A stretch of 64,000 nucleotides of DNA, taken from positions 310,001 through 374,000 of the forward strand of contig JAANOX010000099.1 in NCBI GenBank assembly GCA_020184695.1. The letters are read 5' to 3'. Shown here piece after piece: positions 11,572 to 24,117 of the stretch (within the stretch, counting starts at the first letter, position 1; every line of letters begins with the position of its first letter). Made by a program: the position numbers and the translations under genes. The notes beneath the pieces are model-generated. The model was not told the DNA's origin. It was given only the letters and a program-made list of their open reading frames with translations, and did no database searches. The stretch is from Histomonas meleagridis 2922-C6/04-290x. Taxonomy: Eukaryota; Protista; Parabasalia.

Positions 11572-12361
11572 TTTAAATAATTGTTAAACCATATATAAAT
11601 GTGTGTGAATGTTGTTTTGTTCATTTGATGTTATTTCTTTTAAAGAATTTTAGTGAATATCAGATTAACGCACGTTAAATTAAGTGATGCTAAATCGCTT
11701 CAATTTACTTTCAAGTAAATATTATTCATGTGCTTGAATCTAAATATTTAATTTGAGACTTTATTTTGTTAAAAAACTTTGAATACATCAGAAATTTTTT
11801 CAAAATAATTATTTTAAAATTGATGTTGAACAAATGATCATTTTTTTTTCTCCATTCTGATGAATATTTAAATGGGGCACAGAAGTTGGACTTTTACTTC
11901 CTAGTTATAACATTAATATAAATTATGCATAATAAAAATGTGATAAATACGACTCATTTTAGGATTGTATACACAAAGCTCAATTTCTCATAATTCGGAT
12001 TTTTTAACATCTTCACTAAGTAGAAATTTTCCTAGTTTATTCCACTAAAGACGCATTTGTGTTTTGTTAATTGATTGTTATTGAAGTGGAATAGCATAAA
12101 AAGTAATTGAATGCGATCATGCAACATTTATCATAATCAAGTTAAATATTTTATATAAGTATTGTTTAATTTTTTTGCAATAGAGATTTTTTCGCAAATT
12201 CAATTTGGTTTCCATGGAAACCCAACGAAAATTGAAGAAACGATAAAACTTTTTGCAAATTGCTTTCATTAAAAACCGATTGCTATAAACAGCAGAAAAT
12301 TGAATGCCAAAATTCATCTCACAAAATTCTATAGTATTCATTTCATTGAAAAGTGGAGGCC

Positions 12362-12367
12362 TCACTT
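12362..12367 (+). promoter_or_regulatory. Inr-like element (TCACTT) upstream of MOB1
   Basis: Matches the trichomonad Inr TCAYT/A, 8 nt before ATG 12375. Confidence 0.5.
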
Positions 12368-12374
12368 ATTCTGT

Positions 12375-13024
12375 ATGTTTAATTGGCTGTATGTTTTAAT
12401 ATTAACTCCAGAAACAAGAATCAAGGAACATTTAGGCCTGTTCGTGGTGCTGATCAAAAACATCAGCTCAAAGAAATTTCGCAAATGGCCACACTAGGCG
12501 CTGGAGATTTGAAAGAGGCTGTTAAGCTTCCAGCAAATCGCACCTTTGAAGAGTGGGCAGCGGCACATGTTTCAGAGTTTTTCAATCAGCTTAATTTACT
12601 TTTCTCTTCAATTATTGATAATTGCACAACTGAATCTTGCCCTGAAATGACCGCTGGTCCCGCGTATAAGTATTATTGGCAAGACAATGATAAGTATAAG
12701 AAACCAACTATGATCCCAGCCAGAGAATATATCGCGAATGTTTTATTGATGGTAGAAAAGTATCTTGACGATGAGTCTGTATTTCCTAGTGATCCAGCAA
12801 CTCCATATCCCAAAAACTTCAGAGAAATTTTAGTGAATATATTCAAAAGAATGTTCAGAATCTATGCACATATTTATTTCCACCACCGTGAGCACATACA
12901 AAGAATTGGGGCCGAAGCTCATTTGAACACATGCTTTAGACATTTTGTAATATTTGCTAAAGAGTTCAAATTAATTCCTGAAGATCAATACGCACCTTTG
13001 AAACAAATTATCGATAAATTTTAA
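12375..13024 (+). CDS. MOB1: MOB1 kinase activator; exon 1 12375-12388, exon 2 12412-13024
   Basis: TLGAGDLKEAVKLP, EWAAAHVSEFFNQ, CPEMTAGPAYKYYW, KRMFRIYAHIYFHH, HLNTCFRHF; splicing gives MFNWLNKNQGTFRP. Confidence 0.93.
12389..12411 (+). other. 23-nt spliceosomal intron GTATGT...ATTAACTCCAG
   Basis: GTATGT donor and branch-like TTAAC 5 nt from AG; removal restores an ATG-initiated MOB1 N-terminus in frame. Confidence 0.8.
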
Positions 13025-13198
13025 ACAAAAATTATCACAGTTTATCTTGCTTTGACAAAGCTATGTCAGCTCTTATTTTGTGTTTTCTTTTCAATGCGCC
13101 GTTTTTATCAAGTTTTTCAAATTAATGTATAACCGTTGTTTCTGTGTAGAATTTCCACATTTTAAAACTTGAATAATTTTTTTGAAATTTCAAATATG

Positions 13199-13671
13199 TT
13201 GAAATAGCGAAATCTATTATTCAACACCTGAATCTTAAATATATTGATGTTGAACTTTGTGAATTTGGTGATAAAGGTGCGAAAGAATTGTTTGAAGCGA
13301 TTGGGAAGTCAAAACGATTCCAAAAAATATCTGTTAAAAACAATCTAATTCAAAATGGAATGATGATCGAAAAAGCGCTTTGTGATAATTCTAATTTTAT
13401 TTCATGTTTATTTGACTTTAATAATATTAATTATAAATGTGTAAAAGAAATTCAAAAACGAATTTCATATAATTTGCAAAAATATAACACAAATGAAAAG
13501 AAGAAACAAATTCAAGAAATTGAAAACATTGAAAAGAAAGAAAAAAAATTAACTGAAATTAATAAATATATTAAAGAAGAACGAAAAAACATCGAAATTC
13601 TGCAAGAAGAACTTGAAACGAAGAAAAATCAAAATGAAAATGTTCAAGAAAACAAATTTCAACATTTAAAA
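13199..13671 (+). pseudogene. 473-bp internal fragment duplicated from the LRR gene (18798-19270)
   Basis: Same length as the source, with about 4 substitutions, all in the first ~75 bp. Confidence 0.9.
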
Positions 13672-13711
13672 ATAATTATTTTCATAATTTAATATACAAA
13701 ACTCATTTTAT

Positions 13712-16700
13712 TTAATTCAAATCTATGTTCCTAACAGCGTCTAACAAAGGTAACAATTTGACAAATTTTTCTGCGCTACTTCCTTTTGAAGCCGCGGCTT
13801 TAAACTCTTCGACCAATTTCTTTAGTTCTGGTTTCGCTTCTTTCACTTCGACTTTCTTTTCTTCCCCAATAATATGCAATGCTTTGTGTCGTGCCTCGAA
13901 ATCGTCTGCTACTTTTTGTGCTTCGTCTGTAATTTCTTTTGGAATTCCGCACATTTTTGCAACAGCGCATCCAAATGATGATGAACAAGGGACATTAATC
14001 AATCGATATAACAGCGTAAGTGTATCACCGATTTTATATTGCATTGATGCGTTTCGAACCATTGGATAATCTTTGAATTGTTGTGTAAGGATATGATAAT
14101 GTGTACAAAACACCAATGGGCAACGAATGTTTTCGATGAATTCTTCAAGAACAGCTGTAGCAATAGCAATTCCATCGAATGTCGATGTACCGCGTCCAAG
14201 TTCATCAAGAACAACAAATGAATCTTCTGTCGAATTACGCATAAGTCTTCCTGTCTCTGATAACTCAACTGAATATGTCGATTGACCAGAAAAAAGTCGA
14301 TCGCCTGCACCGATTCGGGTAAATATTTGGTCGAATATTGTTAATGTTGCTGAGTCAGCAGGCAAATAACATCCGATTTGTGCTAATATTATAGCAACAC
14401 AACACATACGCGCATATGTTGACTTACCACTGGTGTTAGGGCCAGTGACAATAATCACGTTCTTGTCACCAATGTCAATGTCATTAGGACAACATCGCCC
14501 TGGAATACATGGATGACGCATTTGCTTCACCGAAAGTAACGAATGGCCTTTTGCTTCTTCCGATTCTTTAGTAACAAACTTAGGACGACATGATGTTCCT
14601 TCCCAACGTTGCGATGCCATTGATAAACTATATAAACAATCAATTTCTGATATGGATTCTAAAATCGAATCCCAAAGTTCACTTTTGGATGCAAATTGAT
14701 CAATAAAACGCTTTTGACAGCCGCTTCGAAGTTTTAGTCGTTCGTTTTCTAAATTCTCTAACTTACTGATAAGTTGATTAATTTCTGGAGTGCGATAACG
14801 TTTAACACCTTTAGTTTGAGAAACTAATATAAATCGATCATCAACACTCGACGCTACTTTGTTAGGTATAGATACTTGATAGCGTTCACTTAATTGATGA
14901 ACAAATTCAATGTCTTTACATCGTAATTCACGTCGAATTTTTTGTAATTGTTCATTAAGTTCATCTTCAACTGTTTTAATCTGTTGATCAATTTCATCAA
15001 TATCTTCAAATATTCCTGGCTTAACTACAAATTCATTACTTTCTGTGGACTTCTTGAGATCAAGTGATTCAATATATGTTTCGATTTGTTTATGCGCTGC
15101 TTTACCTTTCCCAACTGGAAGTAATAATGTAAGTTGTGACGTATGAACTTTATCTTCATATGCTGTTAAGATATCCGACGCCTTAATTAATGAATTTAAA
15201 CATTCTAAAAATATCTTAACACTACATCGATTCGAATAAACGCGTGTGAGAATTCGTTCTAAATCGGGTAATATTTGAAGTGACTTCGGTAATGTCGAAA
15301 ATTTCGGATCCATAAGTTCTTCAACACTATCAAGGCGTTGTTCAATCGATTTAATATTACGCAACGGATGCATAATCCAAAAGCGTAAACGACGTTTCCC
15401 AAATGGTGTCGAACATCGATCAAGAATCGTTAAAAGGCAATGTTCGTCTTTGCCAATGATTTGAAGATTTGATAATGCGCTTGAATCAAGTGAAAGATAA
15501 CGTGTTCCGCCCGCTTCATTAAGTGATGAAAATCGTTGAAGTGATAAAAGAGACTTCGCGATTTTGTGTTCCGTTAAATACAAAACACATCCTCCAAATG
15601 CTGCAATTGCTTCTTTCGGAAATTCTTGTAATTTCTCGGGAATGTTATCCCACGACGCAACTTTTTGGATCTCATTCATCGCAAGTTGTCCATCCCACCA
15701 TTGAACTCCACTTTTCGCATGTGCGCATGAATTACCGCAAAGTTTTTTAACAATGTCGAGATGTTCCGGACAAATCGTTTCTTTGTCATAAATAACTTCA
15801 ACTGGTTCAAATCGTATTAATAAATCCGAAAGATCTTCTTCACTAACTATACCGAGATGAAATGATCCAATCGAACAATCAACTAAACAAATACCAGCAA
15901 TATTACGTCCAAACGAGCGAAGTGACATTAAATATGATGGCTGTGTACTTTCAAGCATTTCAAAATCATCAATAGTTCCAATGCTATATATTTGAACAAG
16001 TTCTCGTTTGATCGCTTTTTGTCCTTTCCGATTCTTTTGATCAATTGCTGTTTCCATTTGTTCAACTTTACATACTCGTTTACCATTGTTAATAAGTTTA
16101 ATGGCCCATTCACTAAACGCTTTGTCTGGAACTCCGCACATTGGTTCTTTACCTCGTGATGTAAGTTTAAGTTTTAAGACATCTCGAGCAAAAATTGCAT
16201 CAACACTAAACATTTCATAGAATTTGCCCTTCCGTATCATAACGATGGCATCAAAATTATGTTCTTTAATTTCCCAAAATTGTTTTTGAAATGGAGTAAA
16301 ACTATCTCGCGCCTTGGGAGGAATATAAACAGTGGTAGGATCATAATCAGGATCACTTGGCCGTCGCTTATTGGCATCACGGAGATTCGTTGTAAGCCAA
16401 TCTGGAAGTTCAACTTCATCTTCCGCTGTAATACGAAGATTTTCCATGGACGATGATGGTGAAATAAGTGGCGACTTTGAATCACTCTTAGAAGGTTGTG
16501 CTTTGGGCGTTTTAGGTGCTGAAATAAATGTTGAATTGGGCGTTTTTGCTTTCTCAGCTGCTTTATTGCTCTTTTTGATTTTCTTGGCGGTAACAACTTT
16601 ATCAAATTCTTTCTCATCTTCATCTTCAAGTTCATCTGACAAAAAATCTTGATCAAGTTCAAAGTCAAGATCGTCATTTGCAATTTTAGAAACACGTTTA

Positions 16701-16795
16701 AGTGTTCTTATAGCATTAGCTTTCTTGGCAACTGGTGATGTAGAAGGTGTTGTGCTTTTCTTTGGCGAAAAGAATTGAAATAAAGATGATTGCAT
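13712..16795 (-). CDS. MSH6: DNA mismatch repair protein MSH6-like
   Basis: DPDYDPTTVYIP, QFWEIK, KGKFYEMF (F-x-E), GPNTSGKST, VVLDELGRGTSTFDG, FCTHYH, SSFGCAVAKMCG. Confidence 0.93.
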   Translation of the reverse strand: MQSSLFQFFSPKKSTTPSTSPVAKKANAIRTLKRVSKIANDDLDFELDQDFLSDELEDEDEKEFDKVVTAKKIKKSNKAAEKAKTPNSTFISAPKTPKAQPSKSDSKSPLISPSSSMENLRITAEDEVELPDWLTTNLRDANKRRPSDPDYDPTTVYIPPKARDSFTPFQKQFWEIKEHNFDAIVMIRKGKFYEMFSVDAIFARDVLKLKLTSRGKEPMCGVPDKAFSEWAIKLINNGKRVCKVEQMETAIDQKNRKGQKAIKRELVQIYSIGTIDDFEMLESTQPSYLMSLRSFGRNIAGICLVDCSIGSFHLGIVSEEDLSDLLIRFEPVEVIYDKETICPEHLDIVKKLCGNSCAHAKSGVQWWDGQLAMNEIQKVASWDNIPEKLQEFPKEAIAAFGGCVLYLTEHKIAKSLLSLQRFSSLNEAGGTRYLSLDSSALSNLQIIGKDEHCLLTILDRCSTPFGKRRLRFWIMHPLRNIKSIEQRLDSVEELMDPKFSTLPKSLQILPDLERILTRVYSNRCSVKIFLECLNSLIKASDILTAYEDKVHTSQLTLLLPVGKGKAAHKQIETYIESLDLKKSTESNEFVVKPGIFEDIDEIDQQIKTVEDELNEQLQKIRRELRCKDIEFVHQLSERYQVSIPNKVASSVDDRFILVSQTKGVKRYRTPEINQLISKLENLENERLKLRSGCQKRFIDQFASKSELWDSILESISEIDCLYSLSMASQRWEGTSCRPKFVTKESEEAKGHSLLSVKQMRHPCIPGRCCPNDIDIGDKNVIIVTGPNTSGKSTYARMCCVAIILAQIGCYLPADSATLTIFDQIFTRIGAGDRLFSGQSTYSVELSETGRLMRNSTEDSFVVLDELGRGTSTFDGIAIATAVLEEFIENIRCPLVFCTHYHILTQQFKDYPMVRNASMQYKIGDTLTLLYRLINVPCSSSFGCAVAKMCGIPKEITDEAQKVADDFEARHKALHIIGEEKKVEVKEAKPELKKLVEEFKAAASKGSSAEKFVKLLPLLDAVRNIDLN

Positions 16796-17242
16796 GTTGT
16801 TTTTGCCTTACCAAATTTTGAAGCCCGCCATTTGAGAGGAGTTGGTACTTATCGGCATTTTTTTGCGGGAAAGTGAACTCATTCCAAAAATTAATAAACG
16901 TACATTGCTCAAATAAAAAAAGTCGTGGGAGGTGAAACCGAAAATAGATGTATGAATTAAGCTATATATTGAATGCATAAATACATGTGGAAAATCTGAT
17001 GGACAATATCAAAAAGGGAAGATTCTTACTCTTCATTAACTTAAGTTAAAATGGTAACCTGCTTTCTTAATTATTTTTACAATCTCATATTCGATGCACA
17101 ACAATTGAAATATTTTATTCAAAGATATTTCACCCTAAATATAATTTTGTGTTTATTATTGATATTTATTTTTGCATTTTATCAATCCCTGTATATCCAT
17201 TTTCAAATGCTTCAATAAGTACCGTTTTAAATAATTTTCAAA

Positions 17243-17408
17243 CAAAACACATATTATTCTAGATCATATGCAATACATAATATATGATAATTATTTTTTA
17301 TTACCAAATTTTCGAAAACTATTTTTTTTAACAAGATATTTTCATTTTTTGTGAGTGTCACCACCTATAAAAAATTAAATAAAATAAAGATTATCATGTT
17401 TTTATTAA
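17243..17408 (+). repeat. Direct repeat A (copy B at 19885-20004)
   Basis: Shared block TTCGAAAACT...GTGAGTGT(C/T)ACCACCTATAAAAAATTAAATAAAATAAAGATTATCATGTTTTTATTAA plus an upstream CACATATTATTC block. Confidence 0.85.
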
Positions 17409-17744
17409 ACTCGATCCTTATGACAAATGAACCAACGGAAAAACGTTGCTGTTAAATATCTTATCTTGAAATTCTTAAATTTAATATTTTTGTTAAAGTG
17501 AAGACTTTTGCTCTTTTTTGTTTTTCGATTTTCTTTTATTTTTAGGATAAATTATGATTAATCGTTTTATTCATTATTAGGTATAAGTCAATACATTGAT
17601 TCTTTATGGATAAATATTTGTTTTATTCAGGAAACTATTGAAATGCGTATAATGCTTTTTTTTTATGGGTTTTAGTGTGTTTATTGGAATTTTTTGTTTT
17701 TGGATAAAAAGAACGTTTAAAATATCTTTTTGGGTTTTTACTCA

Positions 17745-19693
17745 ATGGAAAAACCTGATGAAAATTTAATTGATGCCCCAATTTCTAAACAAGAACTCAA
17801 ACAAATTTTTATTGCAAAGTCACAAGATTCTAATTGCGAATTCTCAAAAAGTTTTTATTCTGATATCGGAATCATCATAAAAAAGAAACAAAACATAAAA
17901 CATTTCAATTTGACGGATTAGGTATTGGTCCTCAAACTATTAAAGTAATATCAAAGATAATTTTAACACATTCAAACTTCAAAGTTATTGTTCTCCCCAA
18001 TAATTCACTTGGAGACGAAGGTGCGATTGAAATATCAAAAATTCTTCAACAAAATCATTCAATTATATCATTAGACATTTCATCGAATAAAATCAGAGAT
18101 TTTGGAATGTCACATATATTTAAATCTCTAATTGATAATAAGACTCTTATTCATCTTGACATTAGTAGCACGAATACATCTACACGAAATTCGATAGGTG
18201 TTGAAGCATCTAATTCATTAAGTTCTATGCTTTTTCACAACACAGTTCTCTCTGAAGTGAATCTTTCTATGACAGATCTTACATCTGATCATGCCTCAAT
18301 TCTCAGTCATGGACTTTCGCACAACAAAACTCTTCGATTTCTAAATCTTTCCAACAATAATCTTACATCCAAAGGCGTAAATTTTATTCTTTCCAGTCTT
18401 ATCGGCACAGGCATTGTCAGTCTTGATCTTTCTAATAATCATTTTCGTGATGACACATCTCCATATTTTATTAATTTTTTGACTAATAATAATATAATCG
18501 AAGAACTTAATATATCGAACAATGAAATAACGCAACGATTTACTACATCGCTTGTTACACAACTTGCATCCAATAAATCCATACGTAATTTCAATATATC
18601 ACGTAACGCTTTATATGGAAGAGGAATCTCTGCTATTGGATCTGCTTTAAGTTATAATAACACAATCGAAACATTAAACGTTTGTAGTTGTTTAATTGAT
18701 ACGAATGGAATAAATGATTTCTTAAGAGAATTTTTCCCTAATAAAACATTGAAATCATTACTTTTAGCTAATAATCCTTTGCATGATGAGGGTATAATTG
18801 AAATTGCGAAATCTATTATTCAACATCCGAATCTTAAATATATTGATGTTGAACTTTGTGAATTTGGCGATAAAGGTGCGAAAGAATTGTTTGAAGCGAT
18901 TGGGAAGTCAAAACGATTCCAAAAAATATCTGTTAAAAACAATCTAATTCAAAATGGAATGATGATCGAAAAAGCGCTTTGTGATAATTCTAATTTTATT
19001 TCATGTTTATTTGACTTTAATAATATTAATTATAAATGTGTAAAAGAAATTCAAAAACGAATTTCATATAATTTGCAAAAATATAACACAAATGAAAAGA
19101 AGAAACAAATTCAAGAAATTGAAAACATTGAAAAGAAAGAAAAAAAATTAACTGAAATTAATAAATATATTAAAGAAGAACGAAAAAACATCGAAATTCT
19201 GCAAGAAGAACTTGAAACGAAGAAAAATCAAAATGAAAATGTTCAAGAAAACAAATTTCAACATTTAAAAGAACTTGAGATGAAACAAGAAGATTTGAAT
19301 AACAAATGTTTTGCGTTTAATGAAGAAGCGAATTCAAAAACTGATAAAATTGAAAATGAATTTGAAACTAAAGAAAGTGAAAATTCGATAATTTCCAAAG
19401 AACTTTTGGAAACATCTAAAAATTTAAGTACTGTTATGAAACAATTAGCTAACATTGAATCACAAATTAACAATGAAAAGATGAAAACATTTAATGAACT
19501 TGAAAATCTTAAAACACAAATCAAAATATCGAAAATTAATTACAATGAAAAGAAAGAAGAACTAAAAGAAATATTTCAAAACATTAAAACTGAAATTGAA
19601 ACAAAAGAAAATGAAAAACGTCCAATTAAAATTCGGAAACGAATAAGAACAAAACGAAAACATATCAAAAATGAAAATAAATCTGAAACATAA
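17745..19693 (+). CDS. RNI-like leucine-rich repeat protein with C-terminal coiled coil; one frameshift near 17910
   Basis: LxxLxLSxNxL repeats (LRFLNLSNNNLTSKG); the frame upstream of 18107 is open back to 17915 and joins the 17745 ORF if one T is added to AATTTGAC. Confidence 0.85.
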
Positions 19694-19884
19694 AATTAAA
19701 GAAAAACAAATGCGGATATTATTTTATTTAATTAAATAAACTTTGAAAAAGTATTTTTTTTTTTTCATAACAATGAATTATTAAAAGGAATATTAGGGAA
19801 AATGTAAAATGAAAGTGAATAAAATGATTCACATATTGCAACTAATATATTATATCTAAAGTAAAAGCTTTCAAAAGAAGTTAT

Positions 19885-20004
19885 AAACAAATCACATATT
19901 ATTCGAAAACTATTTTTTTTTTTTTAACAAAATATTTTCATTTCTTGTGAGTGTTACCACCTATAAAAAATTAAATAAAATAAAGATTATCATGTTTTTA
20001 TTAA
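19885..20004 (+). repeat. Direct repeat B (lacks ~50 bp present in copy A)
   Basis: Near-identical to 17311-17408; abuts the CTL stop codon. Confidence 0.85.
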
Positions 20005-20006
20005 TA

Positions 20007-21934
20007 TTATTCTGAATGTTCTTCTTTATTTTTATTCATTTCAACTTGTTTTAAACTTTCTATCAATTGTTTTGATTCAATATTGATATACATTTCTCTT
20101 TTAATTCCTTTCTTAGTTAAATGAATATCACTTTGATAACAAACAAATATAATATCAATTATATTATTTAACATTCCAAATACAAATGAACAAAATAAAT
20201 AACTTAATATAAATATGATAAATAATGATAAAATCCAATCATGAATAAAATCTTTTATTATAAATTTAATATAAAAAAAGAAGAGAAAAATGTATTAATT
20301 CCTGATGTAACAATTTTTAAAGAAAATATGATAAAATTTGTAATCCCATTTAAAGATATTGTTAATAAAATATCATTAAATAATATTTTTGATGAAATTT
20401 TAATACTTTTATACCATGAACTATTATAAATTTGTGATATTGTAAAAAGGATTCGATTAATATAACGAAGAAATTTTTCAAAAATATAAAGACAACATGT
20501 TAAACATTTCATTAAAATTATAATAAATTTACTAATATTTAATGAATTCTTTTTAATTCTTTGTTCAATAAAATTTAATATTATAATTAATAAATAAAAA
20601 GGAATAATAATTATAGTTGAATATGTAATAGTTCCAAGTGATTTAGTAAAAGATAAATAAAATCCATAAAAACATTTAAAATTACATATATTTGAAATAT
20701 TTTTGATTAAAATACCAATAAACAATAGATGAAGAGATTGAATAAAAAAATTAATAAAAATATAAATGAATCGTGATAAATATAAAATAACAGAAATTAT
20801 ATATTAATATATATTTAATAATATCATTAAATAAATAACTTAAATATAATTTATTATTTTTATATTTAATAATAAAATCATTTGATGTATAATTAAAAAT
20901 TGAAGATAAAATAATTATTAAATAAAAAATTAATATTAATATTAATGAAATAAAAGGTATAAAAAATGAAATTATATTTGAAATAGTTGCACGTGATGAA
21001 ATTTCAATAATTTTAATAGTTTTATTAAGTTTATCTATTAAAAATACTATAATTAATAATATAATAATTCCAATACACCAAAATATATAAGGAATATATT
21101 TATAATAATATTTATTATTATTATTATCATTATTATCATTATAAATATAAAATAATATTCCAAAACATATAAATATTAAAGGAAACATAAAACATATAAA
21201 ATAAATAAAGAAATTTGTAAAATATTTTAATAAATATATAAATAAGAATGATATAATAATTGATAAAAATGAAGATAATAAAATTGGTAACCATAATTTA
21301 ATAAATGAAATTATATTTTGATTTAAACCTGGAATAAAAATTTATAAAATGATTTTTTTAATACTTTCATTAAGAATTGGAATACAACGATTTAATATTT
21401 GTTGTGTAGGATAAGGGCAAATACATTTTACCTCCTTTCTTACGTTCTTGAATACGTTGTTCTTGATTAAAAATATGAAGGACAAATTCGAATCGAATCT
21501 TTACATGAATCTGTGATCGCTTCTTCAAAAGTATTTAATGTTGGACATTTTTTAACACAATATTGATGTTCACCGATTCTTTCATATTCTTTCCCATTAT
21601 TTCGTGGTAAACTAAATAATAAATAAGGATATTCAAGAAAATTATAAAGTTGAAATCTCGTTGAATTATAATTATGAATTTTATTAATTAATTTATAATT
21701 ATCAATCCCACAATAATTCCCATTTTCATCCCATGATTGAAATAATAACAAAGGTTTCCCTTTTAAAATTCCAAATATTAATAATAATATTAATAATATA
21801 AAAAATATAAGAAATATTATACTACCAAAAATATCATGAAAATTCATATTATAAATATCACCTGGATTTCGATATTGACCCCAATTTCTTCGATCAATTT
21901 TCTCTTTACCTGTTGGAAGTATAATATCACTCAT
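20007..21934 (-). CDS. Choline transporter-like (CTL/SLC44) protein, broken by several frameshifts (errors or pseudogene)
   Basis: DENGNYCG, YCVKKCP, PYPTQQILNRCIP, multiple TM segments, C-terminal IIDIIFVCYQSD; stop at 20007. Confidence 0.75.
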
Positions 21935-22722
21935 GTTCGATTTTATTTTATTTTAATTATTTCTTATTATGTTTGAATAACGAAAAAATTCATTTATGAA
22001 AACTTTTTAATTTTATTTTTTGTTACTAATGAAAAATTGTTATTGTTAATATTTGAATTAAAACATTGTTTTGGGTTTTTGTTTTTATTTCTATCCGTTT
22101 CTTTTTCAAAATGATTAACATTAACGAAAATAAACATTAAAATTATAGTTATTTTTATGATTTTAGTAATGTTATTTAATTTAGAGATTAAAGTTCCAAT
22201 AAACTCATCGGAAAAAATGTTAAGATATATATAAAACCTTTCCCAAGATGATTCTGTATAATATGTTGGTTTTTGCTTTTCGTTTCTTTCATTTTATTAT
22301 TTGAAATGAATAATTATTGTGACAATTTTTTTTACATCATATAATCAATATGTTTATCTGAAAAATGGCGCATTTAACAAATCGAAATGTAAGTTATAAA
22401 AGTCCATATTCACTCTCTTATATAAACTTCTTTTTACAATAAAACAATTTTATGAATAATTTGCCAACTTTTTTAATCGTTTTAATAAAAATGTTTTTGG
22501 ATATTTTAAGTGTACATGCTAGAAAAAGTGATTACAAAATTTCTGAAGGACGATTCTGCTAGCAACTTTAAATGAAAGTTATATTTGAGGTGCCCTGTAA
22601 CGATAGCGATGGAAAACGTTAATTAGAGTCTGAACCACCCTGACATAACCACTTGTAAATGGGATTGAAGAACAACATTTGGCCGATCAAAAAACATTGA
22701 AATCAAATTTTTGTAGATTTTT

Positions 22723-24117
22723 ATGATTACATATAAAGCGTGGGATGTCACCAAACAAAAACAACGAAATTTACGTACATTTCTTCCTTCTGCATCAGAA
22801 CAAAACCATCATATTCGACGACATGTTTTGGGATCTTTTCAAGATTTAGTTATTTATCTTGAAAAATGTATTCACACTCATCTAAGAGAACAAAAGCCTC
22901 TAAGGTATTCTTTTGTCTCAGATCCATTAGTTTCAACACTTGAAGATATTGGGAAATATCTTCAAAAATTTTTAGAACAACAAACGATTCCATTTGAATT
23001 GAATGAATTTCCTCTTCGAAACATTTTTGGTATTTCTATTTCACCCGAATTTAATGAAGAACAACGGTCTACCGCACTTGATACTCTTTCTATATATTCA
23101 CTTTTTCCAAATTCTAATTTAGATTTATTTCTTGATGAAAAATTTCTAAACACTCTTGAGATTTATATTTGTTCAGGCGAGAATGAAAAACTTATTTATT
23201 CAACATTTAATTTCATTGGGATTATGCAATATTTAAGTATTGAATATCGCAAGAAATTTAATTTTAAATTTATTGAAGATTTTTTACATCATACTAAAAG
23301 TACAGAAGGGCGTTTTTCAAAAAGTTTAATTTTTGCACTTCAATCATCACTTTTATTTAGTGAAACCAACAATAATAACATCGATGCACTTATTGAATCA
23401 TTTATTAAGCATCATTTGGATGTTGTTTTTTATTCATTTCAAATTATTACTTATTGCCAACAACGCATAAACATAACTCCTAATTTTAGAATATTATTTC
23501 AACAACTTTTTATCATCTCTGATATTGTAATTGATGAGAAACAAATGAATATTATATATAAAGTACTAAATATATTTACCGATTTACCTCAAGAATATCC
23601 GAGCATATTATTCAAAATTTTAATTTATAATCAATACCCAAAAGTTCGATATTCTATTTATAAATTATTTCAGCAATTTAAAGAACAATTTCAAAATGAA
23701 ATTGGTATTGAACAAATGAATACATTTATTAACCAATTAGAGATTGAACCATTTTTTAATGGCGTACAATGTATTAAATGTTTAACTATGTATCAGAATC
23801 CAGGTAAAGATTTTGATTTCGATAAAGAACTTTTCCAAATTTATGTTCAATATCTTTCAAGTGATTTCAACGTGAAAAGTTATTGTTTGATGGGAATTTT
23901 GGATATTTTACATTATTATTATAAAGAAAACAATGATGTTGACGAGTTTCAAGAATATTTCGAGGAAATTTTAAGAGAAATACACGAAATCATCGATGAC
24001 GATGCAATAAGTGAAGAAACGCTTTTGTATAAATTGAGTCAAAATTTTGAACTTTTCGTTGTAATATATGGTTACGTGAAAAGTGCGATCGACAAAATCG
24101 ATATGTTAGTTAATTAA
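22723..24117 (+). CDS. Hypothetical helical (ARM-like) protein
   Basis: 464-aa ORF; no recognised motif. Confidence 0.65.
   Translation: MITYKAWDVTKQKQRNLRTFLPSASEQNHHIRRHVLGSFQDLVIYLEKCIHTHLREQKPLRYSFVSDPLVSTLEDIGKYLQKFLEQQTIPFELNEFPLRNIFGISISPEFNEEQRSTALDTLSIYSLFPNSNLDLFLDEKFLNTLEIYICSGENEKLIYSTFNFIGIMQYLSIEYRKKFNFKFIEDFLHHTKSTEGRFSKSLIFALQSSLLFSETNNNNIDALIESFIKHHLDVVFYSFQIITYCQQRINITPNFRILFQQLFIISDIVIDEKQMNIIYKVLNIFTDLPQEYPSILFKILIYNQYPKVRYSIYKLFQQFKEQFQNEIGIEQMNTFINQLEIEPFFNGVQCIKCLTMYQNPGKDFDFDKELFQIYVQYLSSDFNVKSYCLMGILDILHYYYKENNDVDEFQEYFEEILREIHEIIDDDAISEETLLYKLSQNFELFVVIYGYVKSAIDKIDMLVN

Noticed and set aside
22588-22603. GGTGCCCTGTAACGA resembling the reverse complement of 27620-27633, a possible outer TIR
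   Set aside because: Short and gapped, with no TSD; could be chance.
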